Source: an uncultured Bacteroidia bacterium
GTDB taxonomy: Bacteria; Bacteroidota; Bacteroidia; NS11-12g; UBA9320
Direction: 5' to 3'
DNA length: 64,000 bases
NCBI GenBank assembly: GCA_943789165.1
Contig: CALSTB010000005.1
Location: forward strand, 56,398 to 120,397
Shown: piece after piece, positions 1 to 7,885 of the stretch
How positions within the stretch are numbered: the stretch's first letter is position 1
Layout: each line of letters begins with the position of its first letter
Position numbers and translations under genes: made by a program
The notes under the pieces: generated by a model
What the model saw: the letters and a program-made list of their open reading frames with translations, nothing else
What the model was told of the DNA's origin: nothing
The model's database searches: none

Positions 1-2
1 GT

Positions 3-2945
3 GGTATATACTCTGAAGACTCACCTACAATAACCAATTGCACCTTTTTCAATAACAAAGCAACTACCACTTCAAAAGGCGGTGGTGGTGTATATGCAAT
101 AAATGCAGGAACTACTACGGTATCAAATTGTATATTTTTTGGAAATAAAATAGGCTCATCTACGACTAATGTTGGTTCAGATATTAAAAACGGTACTGGT
201 CATACAACCACTGTAGACTACAGTATGGTACAACTTGCTAGCGGAAGTTATACCTCTGGAAACACCAATGCCCTCACATCTGCAACCAATATGGTCTATA
301 ACCAAGACCCATTATTCAGCGGTCATGGTGGTCCAGATGGAGTAGATAATGTATGGATGACGGAGGATGACGGACTCAGATTAAATAGTAATAGCCCTGC
401 AGTAGATGCGGGACTTAATAGTGCCATAAGTGGGTATTCTACAGATATTGTAGGTACTGCTCGTGTGGTGAATACTAACGTAAATATGGGAGCTTATGAG
501 GTTCTTTGTTCTGAAACGACTGAAACGATAACAGCAAATGTTTGTGATAGCTATACCTCTCCAAGTGGCAGGCATACCTGGTTTAGAACAGGAATATATA
601 AAGACACGATTCCAAACGCAGCAGGTTGCGATAGTATTCTAACAATAAACTTAACGGTAATTGCAACACCAATAGTTACTGTCAGCACGCTCGCTGGTAG
701 TTCTCAGGGCTATACAGATGGTACAGGGACATCGGCTCAGTTTAAATATCCTACTGGAGTAGCGGTCGATGGCGCTGGAAATGTGTATGTAGCGGATCAG
801 TTAAACCACCGCATTCGAAAAATAACTGCATCAGGTGTGGTCAGCACGCTCGCTGGTAGTTCTCAGGGCTATACAGATGGTACAGGGACATCGGCTAAGT
901 TTGACTATCCTATAGGAGTAGCGGTCGATGGCGATGGAAATGTGTATGTAGCGGATGGGTCAAACCACCGCATTCGAAAAATAACTACATCAGGTGTGGT
1001 CAGCACGCTCGCTGGTAGTACATATGGCTATACAGATGGTACAGGGACATCGGCTAAGTTTAACGGTCCTAGCGGAGTAGCGGTCGATGGCGCTGGAAAT
1101 GTGTATGTAGCGGATTACTTTAACCACCGCATTCGAAAAATAACTACATCAGGTGTGGTCAGCACGCTCGCTGGTAGTTCTCAGGGCTATACAGATGGTA
1201 CAGGGACATCGGCTAAGTTTGACTATCCTTATGGAGTAGCGGTCGATGGCGCTGGAAATGTGTATGTAGCGGATCAGAATAACCACCGCATTCGAAAAAT
1301 AACTGTATCAGGTGTGGTCAGCACGCTCGCTGGTAGTACAAATGGCTATACAGATGGTACAGGGACATCGGCTCAGTTTAAATATCCTACTGGAGTAGCG
1401 GTCGATGGCGCTGGAAATGTGTATGTAGCGGATGAGTCAAACCACCGCATTCGAAAAATAACTACATCAGGTGTGGTCAGCACGCTCGCTGGTAGTACAT
1501 CTGGCTATACAGATGGTACAGGGACATCGGCTCAGTTTAAATATCCTAGCGGAGTAGCGGTCGATGGCGCTGGAAATGTGTATGTAGCGGATATCAGTAA
1601 CCACAGCATTCGAAAAATAACGTTAAGTGCTGGTAGTGCTGAAACAACTGAAACGATAACAGCAAATGTATGTGATAGCTATACCTCTCCAAGTGGAAAA
1701 ACTTGGACAACAAGCAACACGTATTCAGATACGATTCCAAACACTGCGGGTTGTGATAGTGTTATCACGGTGAACCTTACGGTGAGATATAAAAGTTCCT
1801 TCTCGTTCGCAGAAACGGTATATGAAACCTTTACATCGCCAAGCGGAAAAACATGGACAAATTCAGGCACATATTTAGACACAATACCTAATGACGTTAA
1901 TTGTGACAGCATCATAACGGTCGATTTGACTGTAATCAACAAGTTATTTGTCGATACAGATGGTTCATCAGGAACAGGAAAATCATGGGGGACTTCAATG
2001 AAAACCCTAGATGACGCCATCAAAGTAGCTAATGCAACGGGCAATCATGCTGAAATATGGGTGCGTAAAGGAATGTATTATCCTGGCGGACAATCGAGCA
2101 GCAATCGAGATTCAGCGTTCCTAATTACCAATCCAAATGTTGAATTATTAGGAGGTTTTTCTGGAACAGAGACAGAGCCTGGTCAACGAAATCAAACGGC
2201 CAATCCAACCATATTGTGTGGAGATATCGGTACAACAAACGATTCCTCGGATAATGCATATCACGTATTGATTATTGCACCAAACGGATCAGACATCGGA
2301 CCTAATTTTAAACTAGATGGGTTAACCTTTAAAAACGGTAACGCTGACGGTAGCACTAAATATACGTATGGCAGTAGAGACGTTTACCAAACCGATGGGG
2401 GAGCAATAACGATTATGGGCAGTGGAACCACTGGTCAAGAGATTAGTCCAACGATTACCAATTGTCATTTTGAAGGAAATTATGGCGATTATGGCTCGAT
2501 TTACATACGCGTGCCTAATGGTAAGTCTTTTGCAACCATTAGCCATTGTACGTTTAAAAACAACCATTCAATTTATGGCGCTATCTTTAACGATGGTCAA
2601 GCAGGTGAAGTATCTCCAAACATTGTAAACTGTGCCTTTGATGGCAACACAAGTGCCACTTCGGGTGCAGCGATATACAACTATGGTTATGGAGGCAAAT
2701 GCTCTCCAACAATCACAAGTTGTGTGTTTAACAGCAACAGTGCTAGTTCAATGGGAGGAGCAATCTATAACACGGGTTATGGTGGAACATCCAATCCAGT
2801 GATCACAAACGCTACCTTCCATGCAAACGCAGCTGGTTCTCATGCAGGAGCGATGTATAGCTTTGGTAACAGCGGAACATGCCAACCTAAGGTGACCAAC
2901 TCTATCTTTTACAAAAACACAAAAGGTGGAGATGATGGACCATAA
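3..2945 (+). CDS. Large T9SS-secreted multidomain protein, N-terminal part (5' end outside window): beta-helix/choice-of-anchor-Q-like modules, Cys-pair spacer repeats, six NHL repeats
   Basis: The frame is open from base 3 with no stop before the ATG at 225. It has a DDGLRL...SPAVDAG...MGAYE motif, 6x NHL (FxxPxGVAVDGAGNVYVAD) and ITNCxFxxN beta-helix repeats. It continues into 2926..4410 after a +1 indel near 2938 (GAT GAT [G]GAC CAT). Confidence 0.85.
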   Translation, partial: GIYSEDSPTITNCTFFNNKATTTSKGGGGVYAINAGTTTVSNCIFFGNKIGSSTTNVGSDIKNGTGHTTTVDYSMVQLASGSYTSGNTNALTSATNMVYNQDPLFSGHGGPDGVDNVWMTEDDGLRLNSNSPAVDAGLNSAISGYSTDIVGTARVVNTNVNMGAYEVLCSETTETITANVCDSYTSPSGRHTWFRTGIYKDTIPNAAGCDSILTINLTVIATPIVTVSTLAGSSQGYTDGTGTSAQFKYPTGVAVDGAGNVYVADQLNHRIRKITASGVVSTLAGSSQGYTDGTGTSAKFDYPIGVAVDGDGNVYVADGSNHRIRKITTSGVVSTLAGSTYGYTDGTGTSAKFNGPSGVAVDGAGNVYVADYFNHRIRKITTSGVVSTLAGSSQGYTDGTGTSAKFDYPYGVAVDGAGNVYVADQNNHRIRKITVSGVVSTLAGSTNGYTDGTGTSAQFKYPTGVAVDGAGNVYVADESNHRIRKITTSGVVSTLAGSTSGYTDGTGTSAQFKYPSGVAVDGAGNVYVADISNHSIRKITLSAGSAETTETITANVCDSYTSPSGKTWTTSNTYSDTIPNTAGCDSVITVNLTVRYKSSFSFAETVYETFTSPSGKTWTNSGTYLDTIPNDVNCDSIITVDLTVINKLFVDTDGSSGTGKSWGTSMKTLDDAIKVANATGNHAEIWVRKGMYYPGGQSSSNRDSAFLITNPNVELLGGFSGTETEPGQRNQTANPTILCGDIGTTNDSSDNAYHVLIIAPNGSDIGPNFKLDGLTFKNGNADGSTKYTYGSRDVYQTDGGAITIMGSGTTGQEISPTITNCHFEGNYGDYGSIYIRVPNGKSFATISHCTFKNNHSIYGAIFNDGQAGEVSPNIVNCAFDGNTSATSGAAIYNYGYGGKCSPTITSCVFNSNSASSMGGAIYNTGYGGTSNPVITNATFHANAAGSHAGAMYSFGNSGTCQPKVTNSIFYKNTKGGDDGP
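681..1622 (+). repeat. Six tandem 159-bp NHL repeat units (last one diverges at its end)
   Basis: GTCAGCACGCTCGCTGGTAG recurs at 681, 840, 999, 1158, 1317 and 1476. Confidence 0.97.
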
Positions 2946-4410
2946 GTTTAGTGAGTTCTATAACTATGCAGCGTATCCATACATAAAAAATAGTTCGATG
3001 CAACGTGCAAGCTCAACATACACAGCAAGCACATTCAACAGCTTAAATAGTGGAACAAACAACATCTTCCAGACCAATCCAAACTTTGAGGCGATTGCCG
3101 ATGGCAATGGTGCGGATGATGTTTGGAGAACAGGAGATGATGGATTGAGATTATCTTCCTCAAGTACCAACTTGTTAAACGGTGGAACCAATACAGGTGC
3201 CCCAACTGCGGATATCTTAGGAAATCAGCGTATGGGAACAACCGACATGGGTGCTTACGAGTATGTCAACTGTGGCTTAAATGTTAAACTAGCTACTTCG
3301 GTTACCACTCATACAGCAACGCAAAGTGTTGTGGATGGTAATTTTGTATGCTACTGTAACAGCGACAATGAATTACTCTTGGCTCTTGACACCAATGGAA
3401 CTGGGGCGGTGATTACACCTAGTCAGGTAAAACTATACATTGGCAATCCATCAACCTTGAGTTACAACTCTGCTGGCGGTATGATAACCAACACGGCTGG
3501 TGGTGTGATACTAGAAAGACGTTGGGATGTGGAACCAACGACTCAACCAACTTCTCCTGTAACGGTTCGTTACTTCTACACCAACGACAACTACGGTGAC
3601 ATTGTAACGGCTATGGCTGGATTAACATCGCCTACAACCATTACTTCGCCAAGTCAACTACAGTTTTACAAGGTAACAGGCGGCTCATCGGCAACCTTCC
3701 CGAACCCACATGATACGGGAGTAACGGGTATTGTACTGACCAACGGAACAACAGCCAGCACAACAGTGTGGGTTAATGGAACACATGGTGTACAAGACCA
3801 TACAGCAGAATACCTAGTAAGCACGTTCTCCGGTGGTGGAGGCGGAGGCGGGGGTGGATCTAGCCCACTACCAGTGGAACTGATCCAGTTCGAAGCAAGC
3901 CCAGCAGCTAGTCATACAGCAGACCTTACATGGAAGACCGCATCAGAGCTAAACAACTCACATTTTGTAGTTGAACGTAGCTATGATGGTAGAGACTTCC
4001 AGGCAGCAGCAATTGTTCAAGGAAACGGGACAACACAAAACGTGATTACCTACAACCACAACGACAATACGATTGATCTAGCACAAAACACTGTGTTCTA
4101 TCGATTACGTCAGGTGGACTTTGATGGCACCACGGCTTACTCACCAGTAAGACGAGTAGACTTTGAAGGCAGCATCATACCAAACAGCGTAACGCTTTAT
4201 CCAAACCCAACAAAAGGAACGGTTACGGTTAGCTTTACAGACGATGAGGCTGAAAGTCATGCGATTAAAGTAATTGACAACCTCGGAAGAGAGCTGTACA
4301 AGCAAACCTTCGACGGACAAGCCATAGAGCTTGATTTGTCGAGCCAAGCAACGGGCATCTACTTTATCATTTTAGATTCTGGTGAATCCTTTAAAGTGAT
4401 TAAACAGTAG
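2926..4410 (+). CDS. C-terminal part of the same protein with a T9SS type A sorting domain (split by frameshift)
   Basis: Second DDGLRL...DMGAYE module, then PLPVELIQF...WKTASELNNSHF...YRLRQVDFDG and a LYPNPTKG...GIYFI...KVIKQ C-terminal domain. No signal peptide at its own start. Confidence 0.85.
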   Translation: MEMMDHKFSEFYNYAAYPYIKNSSMQRASSTYTASTFNSLNSGTNNIFQTNPNFEAIADGNGADDVWRTGDDGLRLSSSSTNLLNGGTNTGAPTADILGNQRMGTTDMGAYEYVNCGLNVKLATSVTTHTATQSVVDGNFVCYCNSDNELLLALDTNGTGAVITPSQVKLYIGNPSTLSYNSAGGMITNTAGGVILERRWDVEPTTQPTSPVTVRYFYTNDNYGDIVTAMAGLTSPTTITSPSQLQFYKVTGGSSATFPNPHDTGVTGIVLTNGTTASTTVWVNGTHGVQDHTAEYLVSTFSGGGGGGGGGSSPLPVELIQFEASPAASHTADLTWKTASELNNSHFVVERSYDGRDFQAAAIVQGNGTTQNVITYNHNDNTIDLAQNTVFYRLRQVDFDGTTAYSPVRRVDFEGSIIPNSVTLYPNPTKGTVTVSFTDDEAESHAIKVIDNLGRELYKQTFDGQAIELDLSSQATGIYFIILDSGESFKVIKQ

Positions 4411-4448
4411 TGAGAAAGTATCGTATTACTACACAAATACAATAAGAG

Positions 4449-4478
4449 AAGGCCATTCGTTTTACGGATGGCTTTTTT
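4449..4478 (+). terminator. Rho-independent terminator
   Basis: AAGGCCATTCGT-TTT-ACGGATGGCTTTTTT hairpin with U-tract after the stop at 4410. Confidence 0.75.
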
Positions 4479-4634
4479 GTTGTTCAATTGATTTGAAAAT
4501 ATAAAAAGTGAAGTAAACAAGATATCGGGTTGGTGAAAGTATTTACGGATATAAGTTGGTTTAAGACCAGTAGCTAGTTACGAATACTAGTTTTATATAT
4601 TACTAACGCGTAATATTATTTGTATATTCGCTTT

Positions 4635-5591
4635 ATGGAGTTCAAGCCCCTTGAATCATATCTATCTGATCCTAGTCCTTACACAAGCCGTAGACTCGTG
4701 GAACAGTTGGGTGAGGAAAAGTTTACCATTAATGACATAGGCGTTAGTTCACGGGTGTTTACCCATTGGCGATCAAATGGGTTAATCCCTGAAATAGAGG
4801 ATGGCTCATGGGTAAAACTGAATGTGTTTCAATTTATCTGGGTACAGATAATTAAAGACTTGCGTGCGTTTAACTTTTCTTTAAAGCAGATTGTCAAAGT
4901 ACGCGCTTCGCTATTTGAGTCCTTCGAAGGGTTTGCTACGGCGGATTTGTTTGATAAAAAAGGAAAGATAACCAAGGTATTGCGAGCACAGCTTAAAAAG
5001 ATGTTCGACAATCACCAAGAGATAATTGAAGGCCTAGAAAGTGGTTTCGAGTCGGATTCAAATTCAATAAAAGATTTCCTTGAGGCTTTTCAAATCCCAT
5101 TGCTCCTATCACTTAGCTTGAACGTATTGTTCCGTGCAATGGATCACACGCTACTGATTAGGCCAGATGGTCGAGTTGATTATACTTCAGAAACGCAAGA
5201 CGAGACATTGGCCAATTACTTGTCCGAGCACGATGCGGAGTCCATCTTGGTGCTTCCACTCAAAAAGTACATTCTGGTGCTGGTATCGACAAAAAAACTA
5301 GAAGATAAAGTTGGTAATATGGCCCTGGTTACCCAAGTTGAAATGGAAGTTTTACAAGCCATGCGGCAGGGAACGCTATCCGAACTTAGAATAATTTTTG
5401 ACCCCAAAGACCAACACGCAGATTTGGTGTATACCTATAAAGGGGTTGTACCCGAAAATGAAATGAGTAAAGTTTTAGATCGTTTTCGGCATAAAAAACA
5501 CGTTCAATTGTCTATGAAAACCAATGACGGTAAAACGGTATCTTTCGAATACCAAGACCGAAAACGGGTCCATAAATTAAATGGAAATTAA
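4635..5591 (+). CDS. MerR-like HTH DNA-binding protein
   Basis: FTINDIGVSSRVFTHWRSNGLI...WVQIIKDLRAFNFSLKQI resembles a MerR wHTH. ATG 4635 is preferred over TTG 4620 because a -7-like TATATTCG lies at 4623-4630. Confidence 0.7.
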   Translation: MEFKPLESYLSDPSPYTSRRLVEQLGEEKFTINDIGVSSRVFTHWRSNGLIPEIEDGSWVKLNVFQFIWVQIIKDLRAFNFSLKQIVKVRASLFESFEGFATADLFDKKGKITKVLRAQLKKMFDNHQEIIEGLESGFESDSNSIKDFLEAFQIPLLLSLSLNVLFRAMDHTLLIRPDGRVDYTSETQDETLANYLSEHDAESILVLPLKKYILVLVSTKKLEDKVGNMALVTQVEMEVLQAMRQGTLSELRIIFDPKDQHADLVYTYKGVVPENEMSKVLDRFRHKKHVQLSMKTNDGKTVSFEYQDRKRVHKLNGN

Positions 5592-5680
5592 TTGATAATT
5601 AATTCAGATTAATTGATAATAAACTCGGATTAATTGATAATTAATTCAGATTAATTGATAATAAACTCGGATTAATTGAT
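5587..5680. repeat. Tandem array of 21-bp units in ABAB order plus a partial fifth unit
   Basis: A=ATTAATTGATAATTAATTCAG (5587, 5629), B=ATTAATTGATAATAAACTCGG (5608, 5650), partial ATTAATTGAT (5671). Confidence 0.95.
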
Positions 5681-5811
5681 TTTTAAATGGAAATTAATGG
5701 ACAAAAAGAGGTGTAGATGCAGTAATGACAAGGCATTGAAGAACTCAAGCCAATTAAATACGGGTTCATTAGAAACGGAAACACCGCTAATGGGCATACT
5801 CCAATTGAGTT

Positions 5812-5955
5812 ATGTCAGAAAAGTCAAAACAAGGACTTACAATACAAGAATTAAAAACCTATAGCGGATTTGAAAAACTAAGTGAGAAGGAATTAGAACA
5901 AGCGCTTCGATTTATTGAGTTGATGAGTGAGGTGCTTATTGAAACATTTAAGTAA
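5812..5955 (+). CDS. Small 47-aa hypothetical protein upstream of the recombinase (absent from ORF track)
   Basis: MSEKSKQGLTIQELKTYSGFEKLSEKELEQALRFIELMSEVLIETFK*. The stop lies 7 nt before the likely recombinase ATG at 5963. Amphipathic helical composition. Confidence 0.65.
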   Translation: MSEKSKQGLTIQELKTYSGFEKLSEKELEQALRFIELMSEVLIETFK

Positions 5956-5962
5956 AAGAATA

Positions 5963-7543
5963 ATGCAGCATGTAGATCAACAATTGGCAGTCTTTGCCAA
6001 AGGGCAAAAGAACAACAAAGGGAAGGCCATTACAGCGGTCATGTATACCCGTGTATCGACCAAGGAACAGGCCGATAACAATCAGAGTCTCTTTACGCAA
6101 GCAAAGCACATCAAGCAATTTGCAATGAACAATGATTTGCAGATAATAGGGGAATTTGGTGGGACTTATGAAAGCGCCAAGAGTGATGAACGGGTTCAGT
6201 TCAAACAAATGATTGCCTTTGTCAAAAGACATAAGGTAGATGCCATTGTGGTATACTCGATGGATCGCTTTTCAAGAAGTGGTCCCAATGCTATTTACAT
6301 TTCAGAACAACTCAGAAAGATAGGTACTGAGATTATATCTGTAACCCAACCTGTAGACGCCTCTACAGCTGCTGGGGAATTGCAACAGGGAATTTACTTT
6401 ATGTTCTCACAATATGAGAATCAGCAAAGGCGCTTAAAGTCCATGGCGGGCACCCGTGAAAAGCTATTACAAGGACATTGGGTTACCAAACCACCCTTAG
6501 GGTACAAGAAGATCACAGAAGGTGGACAAAAGAAAATAGTCATCACAAAAGAAGGTAGATTGCTGGCAGCAGCATTTAGAAGAAAGATTAAGTACAACTA
6601 CGAATTTACTGAAATTAGTAAGTGGCTGTCAACAAGAGGTCTAAAGGTGAGTCATAAAAGATTATCTGAGTTATGTAGAAACGTATTTTATTGCGGTTTC
6701 ATGGCCCATCAGGCATTAAATGGAGAGATTGTAAAGGGCAATCATGAAGGACTCATCACACGTAATGAGTTCTTGAAGCTGAATGGCATGCTTCAAATCA
6801 GACCTGCCAAAAAGCCAAAATCAAAAATGTTGGATCATCTACCCTTAAAGAGGCACATGCATTGCTCAAAGTGCAGCAAACCAATGACGGGTTACTTTGT
6901 GCGACCAAAGAAGTTATATTACTACAAGTGCAATACGAAAGGTTGTAAAGTCAATAGAAGTGCTAAGGTGTTAAACCGAAACTGGGAACAGACGCTTTCC
7001 AATCTTCAGATAGATGCAAAATACGTTACACCCATCCAAGAACAGCTCAAAAGAAAGCTCGAAAGCTTAAAAGAAGACTCTGGTGATGGGCTAAAACAGT
7101 ATCGCAGTAACAAAACAAAGGTTGAGAGGAAGATAGAGATGTTGGAAGAACGATTTGTAATAGGAGAAATTACCAAAGACTTATTTGATAAGTACGCTGC
7201 TAAATATAGAGAAGAATTGGTGGCAATATTAGAAGAAATCGACAAATGTGGAATTTCATTATCGAACCCTGATCAGGTAATCAAGCAGGCCACTGATTTG
7301 ATGTCTAAACTTCAGAAAACCTGGCAGTTATCAAAATCAACAGAAAGATCAAAGTTGCTTAAAGCGGTCTACCCAAGCGGAATTTGGCTTGATCCTGAAA
7401 ATAACAGTTATCGAACTTTTGGTTTGAACCCAGCGGTGCGCTGTATCCTAGATATAACGGGGAAATCCGTAGAAAAGGAAAAGCGGAATAGTGAAGATAA
7501 ACTCACATATTCCGCTTTGGTAGAGGGAATCAGAACGTTATAG
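5963..7543 (+). CDS. Large serine recombinase (resolvase + recombinase + Zn-ribbon domains)
   Basis: Catalytic YTRVST, DRFSRS, PLGY, zinc ribbon CSKC...YYKCNTKGC and a coiled coil. ATG 5963 is preferred over GTG 5927, which overlaps the small ORF. Confidence 0.93.
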   Translation: MQHVDQQLAVFAKGQKNNKGKAITAVMYTRVSTKEQADNNQSLFTQAKHIKQFAMNNDLQIIGEFGGTYESAKSDERVQFKQMIAFVKRHKVDAIVVYSMDRFSRSGPNAIYISEQLRKIGTEIISVTQPVDASTAAGELQQGIYFMFSQYENQQRRLKSMAGTREKLLQGHWVTKPPLGYKKITEGGQKKIVITKEGRLLAAAFRRKIKYNYEFTEISKWLSTRGLKVSHKRLSELCRNVFYCGFMAHQALNGEIVKGNHEGLITRNEFLKLNGMLQIRPAKKPKSKMLDHLPLKRHMHCSKCSKPMTGYFVRPKKLYYYKCNTKGCKVNRSAKVLNRNWEQTLSNLQIDAKYVTPIQEQLKRKLESLKEDSGDGLKQYRSNKTKVERKIEMLEERFVIGEITKDLFDKYAAKYREELVAILEEIDKCGISLSNPDQVIKQATDLMSKLQKTWQLSKSTERSKLLKAVYPSGIWLDPENNSYRTFGLNPAVRCILDITGKSVEKEKRNSEDKLTYSALVEGIRTL

Positions 7544-7547
7544 AACT

Positions 7548-7836
7548 TTTGTTGCAGAGGCGGAAAATTCTGACATGCCATAGTTAATGCAACAGAACCA
7601 AGTTTACACATTCGGCACCAGAAGCATTTAACGAACTAATGAAACAAAACGAGCAATCGATCCGACCAAGTTTGGTGAGACCAACGTTTGATATTGGTTT
7701 GGGATATCGATTTACGTCACATCTGAGCGTACAAGCTCAGTTTCGAAAATCTTGGACAACCAAATCGGTGTTAATTGCTGACCCCAATAAGCTAAACACG
7801 TCTGGTGTTAAATTAGGTTTGATGTATCGGTTTTAA
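7548..7836 (+). pseudogene. 3' fragment of an outer-membrane beta-barrel (porin-family) gene
   Basis: The ORF at 7639-7836 reads FDIGLGYRF...SVQAQF...GVKLGLMYRF, with a terminal Phe barrel signature but no signal peptide. The upstream frame is broken and abuts the recombinase stop. Confidence 0.6.
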
Positions 7837-7860
7837 TACCTGATACTCCTATTTCTTTGT

Positions 7861-7868
7861 TACTTTTG
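7861..7868 (+). promoter_or_regulatory. Bacteroidota housekeeping promoter -7 element
   Basis: TACTTTTG matches TAnnTTTG, 17 nt before ATG 7886. Confidence 0.6.
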
Positions 7869-7885
7869 ACCTGTAAAACAGCCCT

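Larger units (their letters stand above)
1..7551. mobile_element. Putative integrative element / genomic island, right end (left end outside window)
   Basis: Terminal serine integrase with HTH gene and small ORF, accessory cargo upstream, att-like motif at the integrase stop, and a truncated host-type gene immediately downstream. Whether the cargo gene belongs to the element is inferred. Confidence 0.55.

Noticed and set aside
681..1622. DGR-type adenine mutagenesis as the cause of NHL variation
   Set aside because: Many adenines are invariant, no unit behaves as an all-A template, and no RT is visible. Patchwork sharing fits recombination better.
3832..3858. Poly-Gly (GGN)9 tract as a phase-variation site
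   Set aside because: Mixed codons encode the common FSGGGG linker before the PLPVEL domain of T9SS cargo proteins. It is not a homopolymer.
5587..5680. CRISPR array
   Set aside because: The constant core is only ~11-13 bp, the 'spacers' are ~10 bp and repeat (ABAB), and no cas genes are in the window.
5676..5864. 62-aa ORF from the track
   Set aside because: It starts at a non-ATG codon inside the repeat array, overlaps the better 47-aa ORF out of frame, and has no recognisable features.
7519..7600. tRNA gene at the recombinase 3' end
   Set aside because: Only a degenerate minus-strand ...CTCTACCA end is present, with wrong T-loop-to-CCA spacing and no cloverleaf.
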